Assembly (NCBI RefSeq): GCF_000195975.1
Contig: NC_005070.1
Location: forward strand, 390,001-422,000
Length of the DNA: 32,000 nucleotides
Source: Parasynechococcus marenigrum WH 8102
Lineage (GTDB): Bacteria > Cyanobacteriota > Cyanobacteriia > PCC-6307 > Cyanobiaceae
Direction: 5' to 3'
Of the stretch, positions 16,626-24,667 are shown in pieces. A model generated the notes under the pieces. That model saw only the letters and a list, made by a program, of their open reading frames with translations. It did not search any database and was not told the origin of the DNA. Position 1 is the stretch's first letter. The number at the start of each line of letters is the position of its first letter. The position numbers were made by a program, and so were the translations under genes.

Positions 16626-16890
16626 GGAACTCCTTCCACACCAGCCAGTACACCAGCCAGCCCACAGGGGGCACCAGCAGCAGGGGCATCAAGGCGAAGA
16701 CCGTGATGACGGGTTGTCCCACCAGCAGCGGCATGGACCACACAAGTAAATAAACGACAACGGTGAAGCTGACGCGTTGCCGCCGCCCCCCCAGCCAGGC
16801 TTTGAGACGCTGCAGCTTGAGCGCCAAACGTGCGGTTCTGGTTCGTCGTTCAGGGGGAAGGTGATGCCAGAACGGGTGGGGAGATTGCAT
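16618..16890 (-). CDS. Small membrane protein (90 aa, basic N-terminus plus two predicted TM helices)
   Basis: The product is MQSPHPFWHHLPPERRTRTARLALKLQRLKAWLGGRRQR followed by VSFTVVVYLLVWSMPLLVG and VITVFALMPLLLVPPVGWLVYWLVW. An ATGA overlap with the HlyD stop lies at 16890. Its position and coupling in the operon support that it is a real gene. Confidence 0.6.
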   Translation of the reverse strand: MQSPHPFWHHLPPERRTRTARLALKLQRLKAWLGGRRQRVSFTVVVYLLVWSMPLLVGQPVITVFALMPLLLVPPVGWLVYWLVWKEFHD

Positions 16891-18152
16891 CAGCGCATCC
16901 GCTCGAGGCCGCGGCGTTTGTCATCCAGCAGATCGGTGATGGCCGAGATGAAGCGACGGTCTCTGAGGTGGATGTCGGCAGTGAGACTCATGCCCGGTTG
17001 CAGCGGCACCGAGCGTTGGCCCAACTGGAGCGATTGTCGCTGGAGTTTCAACACGGCTGGAAAGTACAGCCCCTGCGCCTCCTGCCCCAATTCCCGCCGT
17101 TGCTCATCTGGAGTTAGGGCATCGGATCCAACCCGCTCCACCGTCGCGGGCAGATAGGCAAAGTCACTGGCCTTGAACGCGTTGAGTGAGATGTCTGCCC
17201 GTTGATTGGTTCCCACGAAGCCGATGGCGTCATTGGGAATGAACACCTTGGCCTGCAGATCGTTCTGTGGAACCAACTTGAGCAATGGCTTGGGTTCCGT
17301 GTTCGGGTCGATGACGCTGCCGGCACTCACAGTGATGTCGAAAACCACGGCATCGATTGAGGCGCGTAGTTCAATGCGGGAAAGGCGCACGTCCGCTGCC
17401 CGGATCTTGCGGTCGAGCTCGGCGATGCTGCGCAGGTTCTGTTCAATTTCGCTGCGCATCACGGCCATGCTGCCGGCATTGGCGGCCCGATGGTTGGCGG
17501 TCAAGCTCGCCAGTTCCCGTTGCAGGGCATCCAGTTCGGTGCTGAGGTCATCCACATTGGAGCGAGCGCTGAGGGCTTGCAGTTCGCTGGTGGCTCCGTC
17601 CTCCAACAACAGTTGATAGCTCTCGGCGATCGTTTCGGCGGTCACCAGTGATCGCTGCAGCCCTGCAATCCGAACGCGGGTGCGCTGCTCGGCTTCCCGC
17701 TGGGCTGTCCTGACGCCTGACCGTTGTTCTCGCAGCTGTTGCAACAGGTTCAGCTGGTTGGGGGTGAGGTCTTCTTCAGGCCGTTCACCCAGCAGGACAC
17801 GGTTGATGATGATTTTGTTGTGCAGTGCTTCGCGTTGGATGCGGGCGGCATTCAGCTGAGCCTTGGTTTCGCGCGGATCAAAGCGCAACAGCAGATCGCC
17901 GGCCTTCACCGCTTGGCCTTCCTGCACCAGCACGCTGTCCACCACGCCCGGCAGAGCTGCCTCCACATCTTGGATGGCCTGTGTCGGTTGAAGCTTTCCT
18001 TGCACGGCCACCGTTTCCGGTAGCGGCGCGAGAAAAGCCCAGAGCGTGGCGAAGGTTGTGGTCCCCACCAGGGTCCACACCAGCACGGAGGAGTTCCGCC
18101 GGGTTTTGCGCAGAAGCACTGGTTGGTTGAAGCTCCAGGGCTTGTTCTCCAT
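16890..18152 (-). CDS. HlyD-family type I secretion membrane fusion (periplasmic adaptor) protein
   Basis: After ATG 18152 comes the N-terminal TM segment SSVLVWTLVGTTTFATLWAFLAP. The lipoyl-like hairpin is VQGKLQP...GVVDSVLVQEGQAVKAGDLLLRFD. A long coiled coil and a beta-barrel domain follow. The ATG at 18152 shares its A with the TGA of the ABC gene. The ORF-track extension to 18353 was rejected. Confidence 0.9.
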   Translation of the reverse strand: MENKPWSFNQPVLLRKTRRNSSVLVWTLVGTTTFATLWAFLAPLPETVAVQGKLQPTQAIQDVEAALPGVVDSVLVQEGQAVKAGDLLLRFDPRETKAQLNAARIQREALHNKIIINRVLLGERPEEDLTPNQLNLLQQLREQRSGVRTAQREAEQRTRVRIAGLQRSLVTAETIAESYQLLLEDGATSELQALSARSNVDDLSTELDALQRELASLTANHRAANAGSMAVMRSEIEQNLRSIAELDRKIRAADVRLSRIELRASIDAVVFDITVSAGSVIDPNTEPKPLLKLVPQNDLQAKVFIPNDAIGFVGTNQRADISLNAFKASDFAYLPATVERVGSDALTPDEQRRELGQEAQGLYFPAVLKLQRQSLQLGQRSVPLQPGMSLTADIHLRDRRFISAITDLLDDKRRGLERMR

Positions 18153-20992
18153 CAGCTGAGACCTTCCTGGCTCTGGCTCTGATACAGGGCGTAGTACCAA
18201 CCCTGTCGCTCCATCAGCTCCTGGTGCTGGCCCACCTCCATCACGGCGCCCTGATCCATCAGCACGATCATGTCCGCCGGCCGCACCGTGGAGAGGCGGT
18301 GGGTGATGAAGAACACGGTTCGACCGCGGAAGGCTTCGAACAGGTTGCGACACACCTGACGTTCCGTCCGCGCATCCAGGGCACTGGTGGCCTCATCGAG
18401 GATCAGCATGCGTGGGTTCTGGAGCACGGCACGGGCCAGGGCCATGCGTTGACGCTGACCGCCGGAGAGCCCGGCTCCCCGTTCCCCCACCGATGCGTTG
18501 TAACCCTGAGGAAGCTCCATGATGAAGTCATGGGCGCAGGCGATGGTGGTGGCTCGGATCAGCTCCTGACTGGTGGCATCCGGTTTCACCATCAGCAGGT
18601 TGTCCTTGATCGTGCCGTCAAATAGCAGGGAGTCCTGGGGGACGACACCGATCTGGCGTCGCAGGGAATAAAGCTCAACTTTGCTCACGTCCAGGCCATC
18701 GATCTGAATCCGACCCTGTTCAGGTTCGTAGAAGCGAGGCAGCAGCTTCAGCAGGGTGGATTTGCCGGAGCCGGAGCCGCCGACCATGCCAACAAATGTG
18801 CCCATCGGAACGTCCAAAGAGACGTTGTTGAGGATCGGAGGGCCGTTCAGGCTGTAGCGGAAGTCGACGGAGTCGATATGAACGCTGCCCTGAATCAGGG
18901 GCATCGGGATGTTGCTGGCCTGAAGATCGCTTTGCTCGGTGGGACGGTCCACCACATCCGCCGCCAGGGTCAGATTGCGGCTTTGAATCTTGAATTGCTG
19001 CCAGGTCTGGACCAACTGCACCATCGGACCGGTGACCTTGCCGCCGATGATCCGGAAGGCGAACAGGGCACCGATGCTGAGCTCGTTGCGTGACACCAGC
19101 CAGACGCCGACAACCATCGTGGAGATGCTGGACAGTTCTCCCAGGAACTTGGCCAGGGCGCCGATGGTTTCCCCCGACACCTTGAGCTTGAAGTCTTCAC
19201 CGATGAAACGGCTATAACGGTCCTGAAATTCCCAGCGCGTCTTCAGTTCGGCGTTCTGGGACTTGATGGTCTGGATGCCGGTGAGGGCTTCGGTCAGATA
19301 GCTGTTGGTGTTGACCCCCTCCTCGATCGTGCGCTCGATCTGGGTCTCCACGACCGGATTCACGATGATGGCCAGCACGATGAACAGCGGCAGGGTGCTG
19401 AGGGTGACCAGAGTCAGCAGAGGATTCAGGGCAAACAGCACTGCCACGTACAGGAGGCTGAAGCTGAAATCAAGGATGGTGGTGAGCGCCTTGCTGATCA
19501 GAAAATCACGCAGGCGATCGAGCTGGGTGAAGTAGTAGGTGATCCGGCCGACCGGCCGCTCATCGAAGAAAGCCTGCGGCAGGCGGACAAGGCGATCCAG
19601 GATCGTTTCGCGGGTGTCCATGTCCACCCGGTTAGCGATGCCCGTGAAGATCAGACTTCTCAAGGCCGATGCAATGGCCTCAACCACCGTGGCGCCGATC
19701 AGGATCACGCCGATGCTGATCACACCATCGAGGGAATCGCTGCCTCCCGACCGGGCGTTGATCAGCCGCATGATCCCAAGGGGGGTCACCAGGGCCAGCA
19801 CGTTCACCACCGCTGAGGTGGCGATCACCTCAATCAGTTCGCGGCGGTGGGGGCGCAGGAACGGGCCATACCAGCCCCAGCTGAAACGCTGGGTTTTGCT
19901 GTCCGGACGGCGGCGCAGCAGCAGCAGGCTGAGGCGATCGGCCTCTTCGCTGAGCACAGCCTCGAGCGGCACACGGACCGGGCCGATCTCCGGCTCCAGC
20001 AAGCGAAGTTGCCCATCGGGGTCCACACCTTCGAGGATGGCGATGCGGCCGTCATGCTCCAGCACGGCGGGAGCCGGCGTGCGCCGAAGCTGAGCGAGGG
20101 GAATCTCCGCCAACGACACCGATAGATCAAGGTTGTTCAGCAGCTGGCCGATGTTGAATAGGTTGAGCTGGGGCTGCCTTGCCAGCAGGGCCTCCACTTC
20201 GTCACGCACGTTGTCGCGCCAGAACGGCACGCCGAAATGCTGAGCCAGTGCTTGGCAGAGGGCCATGGGAATGTCGCGGGGCCCACTGGCGCGCGGCAGG
20301 CTGAGCACCTCCGGTGTCAAATTGGTGCTGGGGGACGCGTCCGTCGGAACAATCTCGGCGGCAAAGTAGTTGTCCAGGGCCTGAAGTTTCGGATCTGGCA
20401 GCCAGATCAACCGTTGCTGCAGCCCTTCGTTGCTCGGCCTGGCTGGCCAGATCGTTCCATCGGGCCAGTGCCACTGGCCACCGCCCACGGTCTGCGGATC
20501 GTCGTTGTCGTGACCACTCGCTTCCCGTGCCATGGAATGGAGGCTTAGTGCGTTACGCCATTCCTCCAGTTGGCGTGCCCTGGCGGGGTTGGCTTGGGCG
20601 AGACGGATCATCAGATCCACCACTTCGATGGCGGGCATCTGCTGGGCACACCATTGGCTCAGCTTCGGTTGCTCATCCCAGAGCTGCAGAAACTGATCAG
20701 CGGGGATGAACTGGGTTTCGGTGAGATCGGAGGTGCGCAGGTGCTCGAGGGGTTGACCCTGAACAAGCCCGAGCCAACCCACAAGGTCGCCGACGCCATG
20801 GCGTTGCACCGTTCGCCAGTCCCCTTTGGGGGGCAGCTGCGCCATGCTGCGAACACCTCCCTTGGTGATTAACCAGACGCCGTCGGGGCGCTCGCCGGCG
20901 GCGACCAATTGCTTGCCCGTTCCATAGCGCCTTAGCTCTCCAGCTCCTGCCAGCATCGATGTGAGTGACGACGTTGGGCTGGATGCGGTCAT
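18152..20992 (-). CDS. Type I secretion ABC transporter (permease plus ATPase) with an N-terminal cyclic-nucleotide-binding domain and a C39-like peptidase domain
   Basis: Walker A is GGSGSGKST, the signature is LSGGQRQR, and Walker B is ILILDEATSALD. A six-TM ABC exporter core is present. The N-terminal domains are listed separately below. The start is ATG 20992 (MTASSPTSS) or TTG 21022. Confidence 0.9.
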   Translation of the reverse strand: MTASSPTSSLTSMLAGAGELRRYGTGKQLVAAGERPDGVWLITKGGVRSMAQLPPKGDWRTVQRHGVGDLVGWLGLVQGQPLEHLRTSDLTETQFIPADQFLQLWDEQPKLSQWCAQQMPAIEVVDLMIRLAQANPARARQLEEWRNALSLHSMAREASGHDNDDPQTVGGGQWHWPDGTIWPARPSNEGLQQRLIWLPDPKLQALDNYFAAEIVPTDASPSTNLTPEVLSLPRASGPRDIPMALCQALAQHFGVPFWRDNVRDEVEALLARQPQLNLFNIGQLLNNLDLSVSLAEIPLAQLRRTPAPAVLEHDGRIAILEGVDPDGQLRLLEPEIGPVRVPLEAVLSEEADRLSLLLLRRRPDSKTQRFSWGWYGPFLRPHRRELIEVIATSAVVNVLALVTPLGIMRLINARSGGSDSLDGVISIGVILIGATVVEAIASALRSLIFTGIANRVDMDTRETILDRLVRLPQAFFDERPVGRITYYFTQLDRLRDFLISKALTTILDFSFSLLYVAVLFALNPLLTLVTLSTLPLFIVLAIIVNPVVETQIERTIEEGVNTNSYLTEALTGIQTIKSQNAELKTRWEFQDRYSRFIGEDFKLKVSGETIGALAKFLGELSSISTMVVGVWLVSRNELSIGALFAFRIIGGKVTGPMVQLVQTWQQFKIQSRNLTLAADVVDRPTEQSDLQASNIPMPLIQGSVHIDSVDFRYSLNGPPILNNVSLDVPMGTFVGMVGGSGSGKSTLLKLLPRFYEPEQGRIQIDGLDVSKVELYSLRRQIGVVPQDSLLFDGTIKDNLLMVKPDATSQELIRATTIACAHDFIMELPQGYNASVGERGAGLSGGQRQRMALARAVLQNPRMLILDEATSALDARTERQVCRNLFEAFRGRTVFFITHRLSTVRPADMIVLMDQGAVMEVGQHQELMERQGWYYALYQSQSQEGLS
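19912..20305 (-). other. Domain: C39 peptidase-like domain, apparently non-catalytic (CLD type)
   Basis: RDIPMALCQALAQHFGVP...LNLFNIGQLLNNLDLSVSLAEIPLAQL...PAVLEHDGRIAILEGVDPDGQLRLLEPEIG follows the C39 layout. By hand alignment to the canonical ECGLACLAMI motif, the catalytic Cys position is occupied by Ile. The NHFVVL His position also looks replaced. Confidence 0.6.
20677..20950 (-). other. Domain: cyclic nucleotide-binding (cNMP) domain of the ABC transporter
   Basis: ELRRYGTGKQLVAAGERPDGVWLITKGGVRSMAQLPPKGDWRTVQRHGVGDLVGWLGLVQGQPLEHLRTSDLTETQFIPADQF follows the beta-roll pattern of CAP/cNMP-binding domains. Confidence 0.75.
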
Positions 20993-21067
20993 CGACGGGC
21001 CAGAGCCGCGGATTCTGATCAAAGTACCTGCCGCTCCTTAAAGTCAGGCCATTCCTGGAAGGCGCCT

Positions 21068-22912
21068 GTGCGGCCGACACTCCTGGACGACCTGATCCAG
21101 CTGTGCCAACAGTCCGGCGCTGTGGCCGATGCGTTGTGCTCCGTTGAGGCTCATGACGACCCATTAACGGCGGTGCTGCGGCAGAGCATCGCGTTGCGGG
21201 AACAGGGGTTCGATGCACTGTCGTTGCAACTGCTGGATGAGGCCCAGTCCGCTGGCATCAGCAGTGGCTGGATGAACGACAACCGAGCCCGGGCAATGAT
21301 TCGCCTGGGCAGGATTGAACCGGCGTTGCAACTTTGGACGGAGCTACTGATCGATGGATCAGATGCTGCCTTGCAGGCCTGTGCCCAGCGGGCCCTGGAT
21401 CGCTTCCAGTGGCCTCAGGATCTGGTGGCGGCTCTTGATGAGGGGAATCTCCAGCAGGCCCAACTGGCCTTGGATTGCTGGTTCGATGGCCTGGCGGAGC
21501 CGGCTCTTGGCACTCGAGAGCTGTTGCGGGTTTTTGATCAGGGAGACACCAAGCTGCTGCGATTGATTCCCCTGCTGAAACAGCGTCTGGAGCGGGAGTC
21601 CTTTGGTGATGCACAGGTGTTGCTGCATGGCCTGCAGCAACGCACCAGCCCTGCTGCGGTGGAACAGTTGCTGCGGCTTGGTCCCAACACCCTGTTGGTA
21701 ATTGGTTGCCTCTCAGCGGCTGGCCCGGCTGAAGCCATTGTTCGCACCGTCAATGGCCTCTGGTGCCTGAGTGGGGGCGGGGCCGTGACGCTGCAGAGGC
21801 AGGGTGTCGGCGCCGATGAAAGCTTTGCCCTGCTGCTGCGCCTGCCCTTGGGGGAATCGATTGATCAGTTGTGGATCAATGGCCTGCCCGTGAGCTGGAC
21901 CCTCCGTGATCTGCAGGGCCGTTCCTATCTGGACAACGTCAAGCTGTTGCTGAGTCTCTGCCGACTAGCGCAGATCCCGCTGCGCAGCCTGCCCCAGGTG
22001 ATGGACTCTGTTCTTGGGGATGCCATGCTGGAGCTCAGCCAGCCGCTGCGGGATCCGGCGGGTTGGTCGTCGTGGATACAGCAGGCCCAAAGCTTTGGGC
22101 GACCGGCACCGGAGGCTGAGATCACCGTTGTTATCCCGCTTTATGGCCGTTGGGAATTCCTGCGGGGCCACGTGGCCGGGTTCGCCATGGACCCTTGGTT
22201 TCAACAGGGCCGGGTGCGGCTGCTGTATGTGTGCGATGACCCGCGCCTGCACCTGCTGCAGCGTTGGTGCGCCATGCATCTGGCCCACGAAGCGCTGGAC
22301 ATCAGCGTGATCAGCCTGCGCCGCAACATGGGTTTCGGCATGGCTTGCAACATCGGCGTTCAGGCGGCCGAGACCCCGCTGGTTTGCCTGATGAACAGCG
22401 ACATCATGCCCTTAGCACCAGGATGGCTGGATCCCCTGCACCAACGCATCCGCGAGCGGCCCGAGCAACTCTTGGCTCCACTGCTGCTGTACGACACGGG
22501 ACTGATTCAGCACGCCGGGATGACCACCGAGGTGCAGGACAACGGCTGCCGGGGGTTTCCAGCCAACATTCACCCCTACAAAGGATTGTCGGTGCAGGAG
22601 CTGGAGCAGCGTCATCCGCATCTTGATCCCTACCCCGTTGATTCCCTGTCAGCGGCGATGCTGCTGTTCGAGCGGGACCGCTTTCTGTCGGTCGGTGGTT
22701 TTCACCCCGCCTTTGGCCGGGGTGATTTCGAAGACCTTGAGCTCTCCCAACGCTGGAAGCAGCAGCAGGGGGAGCTCTGGATGGTGCCGACCGCCCGGTT
22801 GATGCATCTGGAACGGCAATCGATGGCCAGCGGTGCCGATGAATCAGCGGCCTGGGCCCTGCAGGCCAATGCCTGGTTGGCCATGGCGTTGTGTTCCAAC
22901 CTGGGCCAATGA
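21068..22912 (+). CDS. Two-part protein: N-terminal helical repeat module plus C-terminal family 2 glycosyltransferase
   Basis: The GT2 core is ITVVIPLYGRWEFLRGHV...LLYVCDDP...RRNMGFGMACNIGV...LMNSDIMP...LIQHAGM. The N-terminal 330 aa are helical and share a motif (GISSGWMNDNRARAMIRLG...LQLWTELL) with the 24664-25956 product. The start is GTG at 21068. Confidence 0.8.
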   Translation: MRPTLLDDLIQLCQQSGAVADALCSVEAHDDPLTAVLRQSIALREQGFDALSLQLLDEAQSAGISSGWMNDNRARAMIRLGRIEPALQLWTELLIDGSDAALQACAQRALDRFQWPQDLVAALDEGNLQQAQLALDCWFDGLAEPALGTRELLRVFDQGDTKLLRLIPLLKQRLERESFGDAQVLLHGLQQRTSPAAVEQLLRLGPNTLLVIGCLSAAGPAEAIVRTVNGLWCLSGGGAVTLQRQGVGADESFALLLRLPLGESIDQLWINGLPVSWTLRDLQGRSYLDNVKLLLSLCRLAQIPLRSLPQVMDSVLGDAMLELSQPLRDPAGWSSWIQQAQSFGRPAPEAEITVVIPLYGRWEFLRGHVAGFAMDPWFQQGRVRLLYVCDDPRLHLLQRWCAMHLAHEALDISVISLRRNMGFGMACNIGVQAAETPLVCLMNSDIMPLAPGWLDPLHQRIRERPEQLLAPLLLYDTGLIQHAGMTTEVQDNGCRGFPANIHPYKGLSVQELEQRHPHLDPYPVDSLSAAMLLFERDRFLSVGGFHPAFGRGDFEDLELSQRWKQQQGELWMVPTARLMHLERQSMASGADESAAWALQANAWLAMALCSNLGQ

Positions 22913-23421
22913 GTCAGCCCGCCTTCCCGTTCCATCGACAGTGGCCCGAGCGCTGCCCCATGAAGGGGCACGACGTTTTGTTCGATACACCAGATCGTCT
23001 GCTGACGTTGCTGTTGATCTCCCCAGAAGAGATGGTGCAGGGGTACCTGCAGCTGCTGGATCACGACGCTCAGCCCCAGCCGTTCTGGCGCCAGGAGCAT
23101 GACTGGCGGCCGGGGATCGAGCCCCTCAGTGGGGCCTTGATCCGGGTGATGCTCAGCAGCAACCCCGAGCTCTTGCAGCTTTATCAAGCGGTGGACCGCC
23201 GCAGTGGCGGGGACGGCGATGCCCACTATCTCGAGCGCCTGGAGCAGGCCCTGCAACCCCAGCCTCTGTTGGATGCCTGGCGCGGCCTTGGTGAACTGCG
23301 GGGTGAGCTTGATCATCAGCTAAGGCTGGTGCAGCAACAGCGTCTGCAGCTCGATGAGGCCCTGGCGCTGCTGCAGCGCAGTCAGCGCCTGCTGGATCAC
23401 AGCGTCATGTTGCCGCCTTAG
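22909..23421 (+). CDS. Hypothetical protein (170 aa) with a C-terminal coiled coil
   Basis: ATG 22909 forms an ATGA overlap with the GT2 stop (22910-22912). The C-terminus is LRGELDHQLRLVQQQRLQLDEALALLQRSQRLL. No family was recognised. Confidence 0.5.
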   Translation: MSQPAFPFHRQWPERCPMKGHDVLFDTPDRLLTLLLISPEEMVQGYLQLLDHDAQPQPFWRQEHDWRPGIEPLSGALIRVMLSSNPELLQLYQAVDRRSGGDGDAHYLERLEQALQPQPLLDAWRGLGELRGELDHQLRLVQQQRLQLDEALALLQRSQRLLDHSVMLPP

Positions 23422-24667
23422 GTCTGAGCCACAACTGCTCCTGCTGATGCCTGCCGAGCAGGCGGCGGTGGGCGCCGCGCCGCAGCCACCACTGGCGCCG
23501 CACCACCACGGGATCACCGGGGAACAGGTTGCGCTGGGGCTCGCGGATCAGTTGGCGCTGCACCATCGCCAAGCGGTGCGGCTGATGCCAGAACGATGCA
23601 GTGGCCAGCACGATCCAGTCCTGTTGGCAGGCCAGCAGGGCTGAGAGGACATCGCCGGCGGCCTCTTCCGGAGGCACCAGTTGCAGTTGGCCATCAGCGA
23701 TGGCATCGGCGTGGGTATCCTGAAGTTCGGGCCAGAGGCTGGGGGCCACCGTCAGGATCAGCGTCCAGCGGCAGCACAGTTGATCGCGCAGCGATTCAAG
23801 ACGGCTGGTGAGGTCGTTGAGGTCGCCGTTGTTCAGAAGAATGCCAAGGCTGAGGTGGTGGCACCACAGGCGCCAGTGGGGTGATTCCTGTAGAACGGCC
23901 TGCCACAGCGCTGGGTTGCGCCGGGCCAGCAGCCGGCAGGTTTCGGCAAAGCCTTCCTCATTGGCGAGTTCATCGATGAGGGCCTTTTTCTTGATCACCG
24001 GCAGGCCGAGGCTGACGCTGGTGAGGGGCCAGGCGGTGGGGTTGAGCATCGGTTGGCCCGACAGGCTGAGGCGCCGCTGGTGCGCCGGCACCAGCGCCTT
24101 GAGTTGGAATCCTTCAGCGAGCAGGGCCTTGGACAGGCCGAGTTCATAGGCCTCAATCAGCGCCTTGCGGTGCGGTTGACGCTGCACCTGATCGAACAAG
24201 CGGCGGATGGATGCTGACTGCAGCACTGAGGAGCCGAACAGCAGAAAGAAGCTCTGCAGGTGGGGCGTGAGCTGCAGGCTTTCGGTGAGGGCCCAGGCTT
24301 CATCCGAACGCTGCAGCATCGAAGCGATGGCGACGGCGAGGTCGGTCAGCGGGCCGTAGATGCTGTCGTTGCAGATCAGCACGTGGCTGGAGGCGTGCAG
24401 CAGCCCCTGTTGGTCGGCCCACTGCAGGCCGCGTTTATAGGAGCCGAAGTCGTACTCGCCATGGGGTTCGAACAGGGCTATGCAGCCCTCGTCCTGCCAG
24501 GAGGCGGGGATCTGGGTTGGTGCAGGGTTGTCGAAGACCAGCACCAGCCGTGTGCTGATCTGCCGCAGCGCCTCCACCCAGATGCGGGTGGATTCCGGCA
24601 CGGCATCGCCGCTGAAGTGGCCGGCCATCACCGTCAGCAGTGATGCCGGTCCGGTTTTGCCGGTCAT
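23405..24667 (-). CDS. Rhamnan synthesis protein F (RgpF)-like glycosyltransferase
   Basis: HGEYDFGSYKRGLQWA, VLICNDSIYGP, PHLQSFFLLF and LIEAYELGLSKALLAEGF match hallmark blocks of the RgpF family. An ATGA overlap with the upstream gene lies at 24664-24667. Confidence 0.8.
   Translation of the reverse strand: MTGKTGPASLLTVMAGHFSGDAVPESTRIWVEALRQISTRLVLVFDNPAPTQIPASWQDEGCIALFEPHGEYDFGSYKRGLQWADQQGLLHASSHVLICNDSIYGPLTDLAVAIASMLQRSDEAWALTESLQLTPHLQSFFLLFGSSVLQSASIRRLFDQVQRQPHRKALIEAYELGLSKALLAEGFQLKALVPAHQRRLSLSGQPMLNPTAWPLTSVSLGLPVIKKKALIDELANEEGFAETCRLLARRNPALWQAVLQESPHWRLWCHHLSLGILLNNGDLNDLTSRLESLRDQLCCRWTLILTVAPSLWPELQDTHADAIADGQLQLVPPEEAAGDVLSALLACQQDWIVLATASFWHQPHRLAMVQRQLIREPQRNLFPGDPVVVRRQWWLRRGAHRRLLGRHQQEQLWLRPKAAT

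Noticed and set aside
18153-18353. A 67-codon N-terminal extension of the HlyD ORF
   Set aside because: It overlaps the conserved C-terminus of the ABC ATPase domain. The Met at 18152 forms an ATGA junction and is followed directly by the expected TM anchor.
18152-20992. Interpreting the ABC exporter as the KpsMT-type capsule transporter for the kpsC/kpsS pathway
   Set aside because: It is a fused permease-ATPase with HlyB-like architecture and a HlyD partner. KpsM/KpsT are separate ABC-2-type polypeptides. The link to the kps genes is therefore not supported by the sequence.
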